Source: Clostridia bacterium
GTDB taxonomy: Bacteria > Bacillota > Clostridia > Christensenellales > CAG-138
NCBI GenBank assembly: GCA_017524445.1
Contig: JAFXVP010000070.1
Coordinates: forward strand, 30,760-94,759
Reading direction: 5' to 3'
Length of the DNA: 64,000 nt
In this document: piece by piece, positions 27,302 to 37,860 of the stretch
Layout: each line of letters opens with the position of its first letter
Numbering within the stretch: the first letter of the stretch is position 1
The notes under the pieces: model-generated
What the model saw: only the letters and a program-made list of their open reading frames with translations
Databases searched by the model: none
Told to the model about the DNA's origin: nothing
Program-made: the position numbers and the translations under genes

Positions 27302-27634
27302 ATGCGTAAGTTTCAGGTAAACGTCAACGGAACCAGATATGAAGTAGAAGTCGAAGAGATCGACGCCAACGCGATCCCGAAGGCGGCGGCGGAGCCCGTC
27401 AAAGCGGCTCCCGCGGGCGCGGGCACCGAGGTGCGTTCGCCGATGCCCGGCAACATCCTGCAGGTCAACGTGAATCCCGGCGATACCGTCAAGGAAGGTC
27501 AGCAGCTGATGATCCTCGAAGCCATGAAGATGGAGAACGAGATCCTTGCGCCGTGCGCGGGCAGGGTCACGTCCATCGGCGTTGCCAAGGGTTCCTCGGT
27601 CGAAAGCGGCGCGCTCCTTTGCACCATCGCCTGA
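27302..27634 (+). CDS. Biotin carboxyl carrier protein (stand-alone biotinyl domain)
   Basis: EAMKMENEI biotinylation motif, 110 aa. Confidence 0.88.
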   Translation: MRKFQVNVNGTRYEVEVEEIDANAIPKAAAEPVKAAPAGAGTEVRSPMPGNILQVNVNPGDTVKEGQQLMILEAMKMENEILAPCAGRVTSIGVAKGSSVESGALLCTIA

Positions 27635-27646
27635 TCGGGGGCGCCT

Positions 27647-28861
27647 ATGGAAGCCATTTGGAAAACCGTTTCCGAGTTTTTCTCCGGCTCGGGCTTTGCC
27701 CTGTTCTTCGAGGGGGAAAACTGGAAATGCGCGATCATGATCCTGATCGCATGCGGTCTGCTGTATCTCGCGATCGTGAAAAAGTTCGAGCCGCTGCTGC
27801 TCGTTCCGATCGCGTTCGGCATGCTTTTAACGAACCTGCCCGGCGCAGGCATGTTCCATGAGGAATTCTTCTCCGGCGGGCACGTGCATTGGGAGAACCT
27901 GACCGGCGGCGCAGGTCTCCTCGATTATCTGTATCTCGGCGTCAAGCTCGGCATCTATCCGTGCCTCATCTTCATGGGCGTCGGCGCGATGACGGACTTC
28001 GGTCCCTTGATCGCGAATCCGAAGAGCCTGATCCTCGGCGCGGCGGCGCAGCTCGGCATCTATATCGCGTTTGCGCTGTCCGTTCTGGTGTTCCAGCTCC
28101 CGTTCATGAACCTTCTCGGCACGGACATCCAGAACGTCGCCGCGTCCATCGGCATCATCGGCGGCGCGGACGGCCCGACGGCGATCCTCGTTACCTCGCG
28201 GCTCGCTCCGGCGTTTTTGGGACCGATCGCGGTTGCGGCATATTCGTACATGGCGCTCGTTCCGGTCATTCAGCCGCCGATCATGAAGGCGCTGACCACG
28301 AAGAAGGAACGGCAGATCGTCATGGCGCAGCTTCGCCCGGTCTCCCAGACCGAAAAGATCATCTTCCCGATCGTCGTCACGATCTTCGTTGCGCTGCTGG
28401 TTCCCTCCGCGGCGCCCTTGGTCGGCTGTCTGATGCTCGGCAATCTCTTTAAGGAATCCGGCGTCACGGAGCGTCTTTCGAAGACGGTCCAGAACGAACT
28501 CTGCAACATCGTCACGATCTTCCTCGGTGTGTGCGTCGGCGCAACGGCGACGGGCGCAACGTTCCTCACGCTGACCACGGTTGCGATCGTCCTGCTCGGC
28601 GTCCTCGCCTTTATGGGCGGCACCGCAGGCGGCGTACTGCTCGCAAAGTTCATGAACCTGTTCCTGAAGCAGAAGATCAATCCGCTGATCGGCTCCGCGG
28701 GCGTGTCCGCCGTTCCGATGGCGGCGCGTGTTTCACAGGTCGTGGGACAGAAGGAGAATCCGAAGAACTTCCTGCTGATGCACGCGATGGGTCCCAACGT
28801 GGCGGGCGTCATCGGCTCGGCGATCGCGGCGGGCGTATTCCTGTCGCTGTTCGGACATTAA
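27647..28861 (+). CDS. oadB: Na+-translocating decarboxylase beta subunit (OadB/GcdB/MmdB family)
   Basis: 404-aa polytopic membrane protein with family-typical segments ([23 protein letters not shown]). Confidence 0.9.
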   Translation: MEAIWKTVSEFFSGSGFALFFEGENWKCAIMILIACGLLYLAIVKKFEPLLLVPIAFGMLLTNLPGAGMFHEEFFSGGHVHWENLTGGAGLLDYLYLGVKLGIYPCLIFMGVGAMTDFGPLIANPKSLILGAAAQLGIYIAFALSVLVFQLPFMNLLGTDIQNVAASIGIIGGADGPTAILVTSRLAPAFLGPIAVAAYSYMALVPVIQPPIMKALTTKKERQIVMAQLRPVSQTEKIIFPIVVTIFVALLVPSAAPLVGCLMLGNLFKESGVTERLSKTVQNELCNIVTIFLGVCVGATATGATFLTLTTVAIVLLGVLAFMGGTAGGVLLAKFMNLFLKQKINPLIGSAGVSAVPMAARVSQVVGQKENPKNFLLMHAMGPNVAGVIGSAIAAGVFLSLFGH

Positions 28862-28873
28862 GGAGGATCGACC

Positions 28874-30310
28874 ATGGGAAAACTGTACGTTACCGATACC
28901 ATTCTGCGTGACGCGCACCAGTCGCTTGCCGCGACGCGCATGACCACGAAGGAAATGCTGCCCGCCTGCGAAATGCTCGACGCGATCGGCTACTGGTCGC
29001 TCGAGGTCTGGGGCGGCGCGACGTTCGACTCCTGCCTTCGTTATCTCAACGAGGATCCGTGGGAGCGTCTCCGCACGCTTCGGAAAGCGCTGCCGAACAC
29101 GAAACTGCAGATGCTCTTCCGCGGACAGAATATCTTAGGCTACAAGCACTATGCGGACGACGTCGTCGAGCAGTTCTGCCGCAAGGCGATCGAAAACGGC
29201 ATCGACGTGATCCGCATCTTCGACGCGCTGAACGATCCGAGAAACCTCGAAGCCGCGATCAGGTACACCAAAAAGTACGGCGGCTTCTGCGAGGCGGCGA
29301 TCTCCTATACGACTTCTCCGGTGCACAGCGAGGAGTATTTCGTAAAGCTCAGTAAAGAGCTTGCGCAGATGGGCGCGGATTCGATCTGCATCAAGGATAT
29401 GGCGAATCTTCTGCTCCCGTACGACGCATACTCTCTGGTGAAAAAGCTCAAAGCCGAGGTCGACATTCCGATCCACCTGCACACGCACAACACGACCGGC
29501 ACGGGCGACATGGTGCTTCTGAAGGCCGCGGAGGCGGGCGTCGACATCGTCGATACCGCGCTTTCTCCCCTCGGAAACGGCACCTCGCAGCCCGCGACCG
29601 AATCGCTCGTCGCAACGCTCAAGGGACAGGAACGCGACACGGGACTTGATCTCAACGCGCTTTCCGAGTGCGCGAAGTATTTCCGTCAGGTCTACGAGCG
29701 CCTGAAGCAGGACGGTCTGATCTCCGACAAATCGCTGCGCGTCGATACGAATACGCTCCTGTATCAGGTGCCGGGCGGCATGCTCTCGAACCTGATCAAG
29801 CAGCTCAAGGACGCCGGCGCGGAGGATAAGTATTACGACGTGCTCGCGGAGATCCCGCGGGTCAGAAAAGACTTCGGCTATCCGCCTCTCGTCACGCCGA
29901 CCAGTCAGATCGTCGGCACGCAGGCGGTGTTCAACGTGCTCGTCGGCCGCTATAAGACCTTTCCGAACAACTCGAAGGCGGTTTTGCGCGGCGAATACGG
30001 ACGGCTGCCGGGTCCCGTCAACGAAGAGGTACGGAAAATGGCGATCGGCGACGAACCGGTCGTGACCTGCCGCCCCGCGGACCTATTGGAGCCGGAGCTT
30101 GAAAAGTACAAGGCGGAGCTCGGAGACCGCGCAAGAAGCGAAGAGGATGTACTGAGCTACGCGCTGCTGCCGCAGGTTGCCATGAAGTATTTCGACTGGC
30201 GCGACGAGCAGGAACGCAAGGCAAAGGAGCCCGCACCCGCGCCGAAAGCGGAACCCGCCGTCGATCCGAACGCGGTCCGCGAACTTTACGTGGAGGATCT
30301 CACCATCTGA
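28874..30310 (+). CDS. oadA: Oxaloacetate decarboxylase alpha subunit, carboxyltransferase part only (no biotinyl domain)
   Basis: TDTILRDAHQSL...WGGATFD...HLHTHNTTG (HMGL-like / PYC_OADA pattern), 478 aa. Confidence 0.88.
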   Translation: MGKLYVTDTILRDAHQSLAATRMTTKEMLPACEMLDAIGYWSLEVWGGATFDSCLRYLNEDPWERLRTLRKALPNTKLQMLFRGQNILGYKHYADDVVEQFCRKAIENGIDVIRIFDALNDPRNLEAAIRYTKKYGGFCEAAISYTTSPVHSEEYFVKLSKELAQMGADSICIKDMANLLLPYDAYSLVKKLKAEVDIPIHLHTHNTTGTGDMVLLKAAEAGVDIVDTALSPLGNGTSQPATESLVATLKGQERDTGLDLNALSECAKYFRQVYERLKQDGLISDKSLRVDTNTLLYQVPGGMLSNLIKQLKDAGAEDKYYDVLAEIPRVRKDFGYPPLVTPTSQIVGTQAVFNVLVGRYKTFPNNSKAVLRGEYGRLPGPVNEEVRKMAIGDEPVVTCRPADLLEPELEKYKAELGDRARSEEDVLSYALLPQVAMKYFDWRDEQERKAKEPAPAPKAEPAVDPNAVRELYVEDLTI

Positions 30311-30922
30311 ATGAAGCACATTCCGAACATTCTTTCGTCCCTGCGCATCGTCATGGTCGGCGTATTCGCATGGCTGTTCCTTTCGGCGCGCATTCCGGCG
30401 CATTATCTCTGGGCGCTCGGCGTTTTCGTGCTGGCGTTTCTGACCGACGTGCTCGACGGCTTCCTGGCGCGCACGTTCAACTGGATCACGCCGGTGGGAA
30501 AGCTGCTCGACCCGCTTGCGGATAAGCTGATGGCGATCACGGCGCTCGTCGTGATCCTGATCGGCAAGGCCGGGCAGTCGCTTTTCTGGATCTATTTCGC
30601 ACTGGTGATCCTCGTCGGCGTCAAGGAGATTCTGATGCTGATCGGCGGCATGATCATGTTGAAGCAGCGCAAGGTCGCCTATTCCGACTGGTACGGAAAG
30701 ACCGCGACCGGGCTCTTCGCGATCGGCATTGCGCTGACGCTGTTAAGCTTCGTGTTCGACACGATTGAGCCGTGGAACATCGCGGTGCTGTCGGCGTCGA
30801 TCGGGCTGTCGTACGTCGCGCTCGCGCACTATGCGCGGACGCAGCTTTTCAAGCCGCGGGAGGAGGAACCGAGCGCGGAGGAGGAGAAGCTGTTCGAGAA
30901 GTTCGACCGTTTGGCGAAATAA
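30311..30922 (+). CDS. pgsA: CDP-diacylglycerol--glycerol-3-phosphate 3-phosphatidyltransferase (CDP-alcohol phosphatidyltransferase)
   Basis: DVLDGFLAR...GKLLDPLADK motif. The ATG directly abuts the oadA stop. Confidence 0.85.
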   Translation: MKHIPNILSSLRIVMVGVFAWLFLSARIPAHYLWALGVFVLAFLTDVLDGFLARTFNWITPVGKLLDPLADKLMAITALVVILIGKAGQSLFWIYFALVILVGVKEILMLIGGMIMLKQRKVAYSDWYGKTATGLFAIGIALTLLSFVFDTIEPWNIAVLSASIGLSYVALAHYARTQLFKPREEEPSAEEEKLFEKFDRLAK

Positions 30923-30925
30923 TGC

Positions 30926-30954
30926 TTGCATTCTTCGAAAGAGTGTGTTATACT
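30926..30954 (+). promoter_or_regulatory. Promoter, TTGCAT-17 nt-TATACT with a TGn extended -10, for the rimP-nusA-infB operon
   Basis: ttgcat at 30926-30931, tgt+tatact at 30946-30954. Confidence 0.6.
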
Positions 30955-30981
30955 GTTTCTGTTGGAATGTTGAACTTGAAG

Positions 30982-31009
30982 GAGTGGGGAAATCCCACTC
31001 TTTCGTTTT
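30982..31009 (+). promoter_or_regulatory. Terminator-like leader hairpin (candidate attenuator) upstream of rimP
   Basis: gagtggg-gaaat-cccactc followed by tttcgtttt, located between the promoter and the rimP ATG. Confidence 0.5.
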
Positions 31010-31025
31010 GAGAGAGGATACGGAT

Positions 31026-31484
31026 ATGAAAACGACTGAGATCTGTGAAAATCTCTGCAAGGCGAAGATCGAATCGCTTGGATTCGAGCTCTGCGACGTC
31101 GAGTATCAGAAGGAATACGGCGACTGGGTGCTGACGTTCTATATCGATAAGCCCGGCGGCGTCACGATCGACGAATGCGAAACGGTAAGCCGCGCGATCG
31201 AGCCGATCCTCGACGAGAAGGACCCGATCGAATCGGAATACGTGCTTTCCGTCTCCTCGCTCGGGATCGACCGTCCTTTGAAAAAGGACCGCGATTTCGA
31301 ACGCGCTTTGGGTTCGGAGCTTGAGATCAAGCTTTACGCGCCGCAGGACGGCAAAAAGCAATGGATCGGAACGCTCTCGTCGTTCGACGCCGACGGCTTC
31401 ACCGTCGAAACGGAGCAGGGAAAGCCGATGACCTTCCAAAAGAAGGACTGCGCGCTTGTCCGTCCGAATATCCGGTTTTCATAA
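31026..31484 (+). CDS. rimP: Ribosome maturation factor RimP
   Basis: GFELCDVEY...VLTFYIDKPGGVTIDECETVSRAIEPILD...YVLSVSSLGIDRPL, position upstream of nusA. Confidence 0.92.
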   Translation: MKTTEICENLCKAKIESLGFELCDVEYQKEYGDWVLTFYIDKPGGVTIDECETVSRAIEPILDEKDPIESEYVLSVSSLGIDRPLKKDRDFERALGSELEIKLYAPQDGKKQWIGTLSSFDADGFTVETEQGKPMTFQKKDCALVRPNIRFS

Positions 31485-31520
31485 GAATTTACAAGGGTTT
31501 CATCAAGAAAGGAAAGAACC

Positions 31521-32597
31521 ATGAACTTAGAGTTTATCGAAGCATTGAACGCGCTTGAAAAGGAGCGCGGCATCAAGAAGTCCGTGCTGCTTTCGGCATT
31601 CGAAGCGGCGCTGATCGTCGCGTACAAGCGCAACTACAATTCGACCGCAAACGTCCGCGCGGAAGTGGACGGCGACACCGGCGACTACCACATCTACGCG
31701 AGCAAGACCGTCGTGGAGAAGGTCGAGACGCCTTCGCAGGAGATCTCGCTGGAACGCGCGAAAAAGATCAATCCGCTGTACGAGCTCGGCGACGTGCTTG
31801 AGGAGGAAGCGTTCACGAAGGATTTCGGACGCATTGCGGCGCAGACCGCGAAACAGGTCATGGTGCAGCGCATCCGCGAGGCGGAACGCGGCAACATCTA
31901 CGACGAGTACGTCGAGAAGGAAAACGAGATCCTGACGGCGATCGTGCAGCGTGTGGAGAAGGGCAACGCCTATGTCGAGCTCGGCAAGACGGACGGCATC
32001 CTGACCGCGAACGAGATGATCCCGGGCGAGGAATACGAAATGAACGCCCGCATCAAGGTCTATGTGCTCGAAGTGCGCAAGGACAACAAGGGGCCGCAGG
32101 TCGTCGTGAGCCGCACGCACCCGGGCCTCGTCAAGCGCCTCTTTGAACTCGAAGTTCCCGAGATCCAGTCCGGTACGGTCGTGATCAAGTCGATCGCGCG
32201 CGAAGCGGGCTTCCGCACCAAGGTGTCCGTGTTCTCGACCGATCCGCAGGTCGACGCGGTCGGCGCATGCGTCGGTCCGCGCGGCGCGCGCGTGGAGCGT
32301 ATCGTCAACGAGCTCCACAATGAAAAGATCGACATCATCGAGTACGATTCCGACAGCGCGATCTACATCGCGAAGGCGCTGAGCCCCGCGAAGGTGCTGA
32401 TGGTCTACGTCAATGAAGACGAAAAGGCCGCGCGCGTCATCGTGCCGGATTCGCAGCTCTCGCTTGCCATCGGCAAGGAGGGACAGAACGCGCGTCTTGC
32501 CGCAAAACTGACCGGCTGGAAGATCGACATCAAGAGCCAGTCGCAGGCGGACGCAGCGGTGGACGCCGCGAAGGCGCAGCAGAACGCGGAGGAGTAA
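31521..32597 (+). CDS. nusA: Transcription termination/antitermination factor NusA
   Basis: NusA N-terminal domain, S1 and KH domains (GPRGARVERIVNEL, AIGKEGQNARLAAKLTGWKIDI). Confidence 0.97.
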   Translation: MNLEFIEALNALEKERGIKKSVLLSAFEAALIVAYKRNYNSTANVRAEVDGDTGDYHIYASKTVVEKVETPSQEISLERAKKINPLYELGDVLEEEAFTKDFGRIAAQTAKQVMVQRIREAERGNIYDEYVEKENEILTAIVQRVEKGNAYVELGKTDGILTANEMIPGEEYEMNARIKVYVLEVRKDNKGPQVVVSRTHPGLVKRLFELEVPEIQSGTVVIKSIAREAGFRTKVSVFSTDPQVDAVGACVGPRGARVERIVNELHNEKIDIIEYDSDSAIYIAKALSPAKVLMVYVNEDEKAARVIVPDSQLSLAIGKEGQNARLAAKLTGWKIDIKSQSQADAAVDAAKAQQNAEE

Positions 32598-32601
32598 GCG
32601 A

Positions 32602-32877
32602 TTGAAAAAGATCCCGATGCGGATGTGCGTCGCCTGCCGCGAGATGCGGGCGAAAAAGGACCTGATGCGCATCGTGCGCACCGCCGAGGAGGTGCTCGTG
32701 CTCGATCGGACCGGAAAGCAGTCCGGTCGCGGCGCGTACCTTTGCCGCGACGCGGCGTGCGTTCAAAAAGCGCTGAAAACGCGCGCGCTCGAACGTGCGC
32801 TCGAAGCGCCGATGAACGACGCGCTGAAAGAAGCGCTGGGATCGGAGACCGGCAGCAATGACGGAACGGCTCTTTAA
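32602..32877 (+). CDS. ylxR: YlxR/RnpM family (DUF448) RNA-binding protein
   Basis: PMRMCVACREMRAKKDLMRIV...GRGAYLC motif, TTG start, position after nusA. Confidence 0.9.
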   Translation: MKKIPMRMCVACREMRAKKDLMRIVRTAEEVLVLDRTGKQSGRGAYLCRDAACVQKALKTRALERALEAPMNDALKEALGSETGSNDGTAL

Positions 32878-33169
32878 CGCGATCGGGCTTTCGATGAAAG
32901 CCGGCAAGGTGAAAAGCGGCGCGTTTGCCGCGGAGAGCACGATCCGATCCGGCAAGGCAAAGCTGGTCCTTTTGGAGGAAACGGCGTCGGAGGCGACGAA
33001 GACGCATTATGAACATCTGTGCGCGGCGTACGGCGTTCCGTTCTATACGGTGGAGTCCGTGGGAAGCGCGATCGGAAAGAATTCACACATCGTCATGGCG
33101 GTGACGGATCATTCTTTCCGGGATATGATAGAGCGCGCAATGCGCAATACCGATGAAAAGCGGGGATGA
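32858..33169 (+). CDS. ylxQ: L7Ae/L30e-family RNA-binding protein (YlxQ-like)
   Basis: [12 protein letters not shown]...KAKLVLL pattern, position between ylxR and infB. Confidence 0.85.
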   Translation: MTERLFNAIGLSMKAGKVKSGAFAAESTIRSGKAKLVLLEETASEATKTHYEHLCAAYGVPFYTVESVGSAIGKNSHIVMAVTDHSFRDMIERAMRNTDEKRG

Positions 33170-35661
33170 GTATGGCAACGAATTTTCTGGAAACAGCAAA
33201 AAATCTGAAAGAGGAGATGCAGGCGCTTCTTCATAAGCTCGACGGCACGAAGGGTACGATCGGTACGCTTCTCGACGCGGCGCGCCGCACGGAAGGCAGC
33301 ATGATCGACCGCGAGGAGAAGGAGAAGCAGGAGCGTGAGGAACGCGAACGCGCCGAACGGCTCAAGGCGATGCTGGAAAGCGATGCGGATCTTGCCGCGC
33401 ATGCAGGCGGGGCCGAGGAACCGGAGTCCGAGCCGCAGACGCCCGAATCCGTGCAGCCCGCGCCCGTGCAGGACGCTCCGAAGGAGCCGAAGAAGGAGCC
33501 GGCACGGACCGATGAACCACGTCCGCAGCGTCCGCAAAACGGCAGAGAACCGCGTCAGGACCGTCAGCAGGGCGGCGACCGCAGACAGGGCAGCGACCGC
33601 AGACAGGAAAGCGGCGATCGACGCGGCAGCGATACACGCGGACCGCGCCGCGACAATACCGGTTCTCAGCGCGCCGTTGTGATCAACGTGCCGAATCCTT
33701 CCGACAACACAGGCAAGGCGGCAAGAACCGACAAGAAGAAACCGTTCGAAACGACGGATAAGAAGGCGAAGAGCAAGAAGACGATGATGAAGGAACAGGG
33801 ACCGACCGCACGCGGATGGGAAGACGACAGCCAGATGGGCAACCGCCGCAAGGTCAAAAAGCACGAGCAGGAGGTGCAGCAGCCGAAGCCCGCGCCCGTC
33901 GTGATCGACCACGCGGTGATCACGACTGAGACGATCACGGTCAAGGATCTGTCCGAAAAGCTCGGCAAGCCCGCAAACGAGATCCTGAAAAAGCTTCTGA
34001 TGCTCGGCATCATCGCGAACATCAACCAGGAGCTGGATTTCGACACCTGTGAGCTGATCGCGAGCGAGTTCAATATCACGCTCGAACAGCAGCTTGCAAA
34101 GTCCTTCGAGGACGTTCTGATGGATACCGCGGACGACGTCGACGCACCGGAAACGCTGAAACCGCGTCCCCCGGTCGTCACGATCATGGGCCACGTCGAC
34201 CACGGCAAGACGTCGCTCCTCGACGCGATCCGCAATTCGCACGTCACCGCGGGCGAGGCGGGCGGCATAACGCAGCACATCGGCGCGTACACCGTCACGC
34301 TGAACGGCAAGCAGATCACCTTTATCGACACGCCGGGTCACGAAGCGTTCACGGCGATGCGTGCGCGCGGCGCGCAGGTCACGGATATCGTTATCCTCGT
34401 CGTCGCGGCGGACGACGGCATCATGCCGCAGACGATCGAGGCGATCAACCACGCGAAGGCGGCGGGCGTTCCGATCATCGTTGCGATCAACAAGATCGAC
34501 CGCGACACCGCGGATCCCGAGCGCGTCAAGCAGCAGCTCACCGAATACGGTCTCGTCACCGAGGAATGGGGCGGCGACACGATCTGCGTGCCCGTCTCGG
34601 CAAAGAAGCAGATCAACCTCGATCAGCTCCTCGAAATGGTGCTTCTGCAGGCGGACGTTCTGGAGCTCAAGGCGAATCCGGATCGTCTCGCGAAGGGTAC
34701 GATCATCGAAGCGCAGCTTGACAAGACGCGCGGTCCGGTGGCAACGGTGCTCGTGCAGAACGGCACCTTGAAGAAGGGCGATATGATCGTTGCCGGCATG
34801 GCGTTCGGCAAGGTCCGCGCCATGATGGATGACAAGGGCAGGACCGTCAATACCGCCGGTCCGTCCACGCCGGTCGAGGTCCTCGGCTTCAACGAGGTCC
34901 CGGCTGCGGGCGATCTGCTGTTTGCGGCAAACGACGACAAATTGAGCCGTCAGGTCGCGGACGAACGCCGTCAGAAGGCAAAGGCCGCGCAGGTCAAGCA
35001 GGCACAGAAGGTCTCTCTGGACGATCTGTTCAGCCAGATGGCGGAAGGCGAGCTCAAGGAACTCAACCTCATCGTCAAGGCGGACGTGCAGGGCTCCGTC
35101 GAAGCGGTCAAGCAGGCGCTTGAAAAGCTTTCGAACGACGAGGTCCGCGTGCGCGTCATCCACAGCGGCGTCGGCGCGATCACCGGATCGGATATCATGT
35201 TCGCGTCCGCGTCGAACGCGATCGTCATCGGCTTCAACGTGCGTCCGGATTCCACGGCGCGCGCCGCGGCGGAGAAGGAAAAGGTCGACGTCCGCACCTA
35301 CCGCGTCATCTACAACGCGATCGAGGACGTCGAGAACGCAATGAAGGGCATGTTCAAGCCCGTGTTCCAGGAAGTCGAGCTCGGCCGCTGCACGGTCCGC
35401 AGCACGTTCCGCATCTCCGGCGTCGGCACGATCGCAGGCGCATACGTCAACGAGGGCAAGGTCACGAGGACCGCGCAGGTGCGCGTCGTCCGCGGCGGCA
35501 TCGTCCTGCACGACGGCAAGATCGGCTCTCTGAAGCGCTTCAAGGACGACGCGAGAGAGGTCATGGCGGGCTACGAGTGCGGTATCTCGATCGAGAACTT
35601 CAACGACATCCTCGAGGATGACGTCATCGAATGCTACGTGATGGAGGAAGTGAAGCGCTGA
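33166..35661 (+). CDS. infB: Translation initiation factor IF-2
   Basis: Charged low-complexity N-terminus, then the GTPase domain ([29 protein letters not shown]); 831 aa. Confidence 0.98.
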   Translation: MSMATNFLETAKNLKEEMQALLHKLDGTKGTIGTLLDAARRTEGSMIDREEKEKQEREERERAERLKAMLESDADLAAHAGGAEEPESEPQTPESVQPAPVQDAPKEPKKEPARTDEPRPQRPQNGREPRQDRQQGGDRRQGSDRRQESGDRRGSDTRGPRRDNTGSQRAVVINVPNPSDNTGKAARTDKKKPFETTDKKAKSKKTMMKEQGPTARGWEDDSQMGNRRKVKKHEQEVQQPKPAPVVIDHAVITTETITVKDLSEKLGKPANEILKKLLMLGIIANINQELDFDTCELIASEFNITLEQQLAKSFEDVLMDTADDVDAPETLKPRPPVVTIMGHVDHGKTSLLDAIRNSHVTAGEAGGITQHIGAYTVTLNGKQITFIDTPGHEAFTAMRARGAQVTDIVILVVAADDGIMPQTIEAINHAKAAGVPIIVAINKIDRDTADPERVKQQLTEYGLVTEEWGGDTICVPVSAKKQINLDQLLEMVLLQADVLELKANPDRLAKGTIIEAQLDKTRGPVATVLVQNGTLKKGDMIVAGMAFGKVRAMMDDKGRTVNTAGPSTPVEVLGFNEVPAAGDLLFAANDDKLSRQVADERRQKAKAAQVKQAQKVSLDDLFSQMAEGELKELNLIVKADVQGSVEAVKQALEKLSNDEVRVRVIHSGVGAITGSDIMFASASNAIVIGFNVRPDSTARAAAEKEKVDVRTYRVIYNAIEDVENAMKGMFKPVFQEVELGRCTVRSTFRISGVGTIAGAYVNEGKVTRTAQVRVVRGGIVLHDGKIGSLKRFKDDAREVMAGYECGISIENFNDILEDDVIECYVMEEVKR

Positions 35662-36035
35662 TGGCAAAGGTCAGGAACGAACGGCTCCGTGAGGAGCTCA
35701 AAAAGACGGTCAGCGTGATCATCTTTGAAATGAAGGACCCGCGCATCCCTGCGGTGACCTCGATCACCGAAATGGAAGTGACGCCGGACCTCAAATACGC
35801 CAAGGCGCACGTTTCCGTGTACGACGCGGACGAGACCGCGCTGAAGACCGCGGTCGAAGCGCTGAACCACGCCGCGGGCTTTATCGGTCACGAGGTCGGC
35901 GCGCGGATGACGATCCGCAGAGTGCCCGCGATCAAGTTCGTCGGAGACGATTCGATCGCGTACTCGGTGCATATCTCCGAGGTGATCCGTTCGCTGCATA
36001 AGGACGACAAACCCGAAAAGGAGCCGGAAGAATGA
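35661..36035 (+). CDS. rbfA: Ribosome-binding factor A
   Basis: R(N)ERLREELKK...DPRI...VTSITEMEVTPDLKYAKAHVSV, overlaps the infB stop. Confidence 0.93.
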   Translation: MAKVRNERLREELKKTVSVIIFEMKDPRIPAVTSITEMEVTPDLKYAKAHVSVYDADETALKTAVEALNHAAGFIGHEVGARMTIRRVPAIKFVGDDSIAYSVHISEVIRSLHKDDKPEKEPEE

Positions 36036-36988
36036 ATCTTTTGAAGGCGGCGTCCTTTATACAATCGCATCAATCGTTTTATCTGGCAGCCCACCAGTCG
36101 CCCGACGGCGACACGATGGGCTCTTGCCTTGCTTTGCGGGCGGCGCTTCTTGCAATGGGCAAGGAAGCGACGGTCGTGTGTCCCGATCCCGCGCCGAAAA
36201 ACCTTTCGTTTTTAGAAGGCGTCGACACGGTGACCGGCACGAACGGGATCGAACCGCCCAAGGAAGCGGTGATCTACGTCGACTGCGCCGATCATAAGCG
36301 TACCGGCACGCTGCAGGCAGCGCTGGAGACCGCACCGTATCAGTTCTGCATCGACCACCACGGCACGAATCCGCGGCAATCGAAGGACGGCGACTGGGTC
36401 GAGGACGTCTCCGCAACCGGCGAGCTCATTTTACGGCTTCTGAACGAACTGCGTGTGCCGATCACGCACGGCATCGCGGTCGCGCTCTATACGGCGATCA
36501 CCACGGACACCGGCAATTTCGCGTACTCGAACACCACCGCGGACGCGTTCCTTGCCGCGGCGGAACTGATGCAGTACGATATCGACCTATCGGAACTCAA
36601 CCGTATTCTGTTCCGCGAAATGACGCTTGCAAAGGCAAAGCTCGTCGCCTATACGCTCGGACACATGGAGCTTTCGGAAGACGGTCGGCTGAATCTCTGC
36701 GCGATCCCCGAACGCGTCCTTAACGCGTGCGGGGCGACCAAGGAGGACTGCGAAGGGCTCATCGACGATCTCCGTGACGTCGACACCGTCGAGGCGGCGT
36801 GTATCCTCAGGGAATCCGACGGCGTCGTGCGCGTCAGCATGCGCAGCAAGCGTACCTGCGACGTGGCGGCTGTCGCAAAACGGTTCGGCGGCGGCGGACA
36901 CCTGCGCGCCGCGGGCTGCACGCTCGAGCTTCCGCTGGACGAGGCGGTGCGCGTGATGCGCGACGCGCTCATTGAGGCGCTCGCATGA
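36032..36988 (+). CDS. nrnA: DHH/DHHA1 phosphoesterase (NrnA-type oligoribonuclease / pAp phosphatase)
   Basis: HQSPDGDTMGS, DHH (CIDHHGTN) and GGGH (FGGGGHLRAAG) motifs. Confidence 0.88.
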   Translation: MNLLKAASFIQSHQSFYLAAHQSPDGDTMGSCLALRAALLAMGKEATVVCPDPAPKNLSFLEGVDTVTGTNGIEPPKEAVIYVDCADHKRTGTLQAALETAPYQFCIDHHGTNPRQSKDGDWVEDVSATGELILRLLNELRVPITHGIAVALYTAITTDTGNFAYSNTTADAFLAAAELMQYDIDLSELNRILFREMTLAKAKLVAYTLGHMELSEDGRLNLCAIPERVLNACGATKEDCEGLIDDLRDVDTVEAACILRESDGVVRVSMRSKRTCDVAAVAKRFGGGGHLRAAGCTLELPLDEAVRVMRDALIEALA

Positions 36989-37860
36989 TCGAAGGGATCG
37001 TCACCGTACTGAAACCGCCGGCGATGTCGAGCTCCGACGTCGTGGTGGACGTACGAAAGATTTTTGAAACGAAACGGGTCGGGCATCTCGGAACGCTCGA
37101 TCCCGAAGCAGCGGGCGTTCTGCCGGTCTGCGTCGGACGCGCGGTGCGGCTGTTCGATTATCTCGTCGACAAGCAGAAGACCTACCTCGCCGAGATCGCG
37201 TTCGGCGTCGCGACCGACACGCAGGACGCGCAGGGGAAGGTCACGGAAACGAGCGACGCTGTCGTGACGGCGGAGCAGCTTGACGCGGTTCTGCCGAAGT
37301 TTTCGGGCGCGATCCTGCAGACGCCGCCGATGTATTCGGCCCTGAAATTCAACGGACAAAAGCTTTACGACCTCGCGCTTTCGGGAAAAGAGATCCCGGA
37401 CAAATCGCGCGAGGTGGAGATCGCTTCGCTGAAACGCGTCGGAACGCGCGGCAAGAATCGATTTCTGATCGAGGTCACCTGCTCGCGCGGGACGTATATC
37501 CGCACGCTGTGCCATGATATCGGCGAAGCGCTCCAAGTGCCCGCGCATATGGCGTTTCTTTTACGCACCGCATCCGGACCGTTTACACTGGATATGGCGT
37601 ATTCGATCGCGGAGCTCATCGAACTGAAAGAGGCGGGGCGCTTAGCCGAAACGCTGACCTCCTGCGAGGACGCGGTCGCGTTTCTCCCGCGGCTCGATCT
37701 CGGGCGTGATCGCAGAAAGCCGACTATAAACGGTCTGTCCACGCGCACGAACGCGCCGGACGGCACGTACCGCATCTACTGCAAGGGCTTCCTGGGCGTC
37801 GGCGTCGTGCAAAACGACGCCGCGGTATTGAAGGTGCATCTCTACGGGGAGGACGTATGA
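36985..37860 (+). CDS. truB: tRNA pseudouridine(55) synthase
   Basis: GHLGTLDPEAAGVLPVCVG catalytic motif, conserved operon position. Confidence 0.95.
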   Translation: MIEGIVTVLKPPAMSSSDVVVDVRKIFETKRVGHLGTLDPEAAGVLPVCVGRAVRLFDYLVDKQKTYLAEIAFGVATDTQDAQGKVTETSDAVVTAEQLDAVLPKFSGAILQTPPMYSALKFNGQKLYDLALSGKEIPDKSREVEIASLKRVGTRGKNRFLIEVTCSRGTYIRTLCHDIGEALQVPAHMAFLLRTASGPFTLDMAYSIAELIELKEAGRLAETLTSCEDAVAFLPRLDLGRDRRKPTINGLSTRTNAPDGTYRIYCKGFLGVGVVQNDAAVLKVHLYGEDV

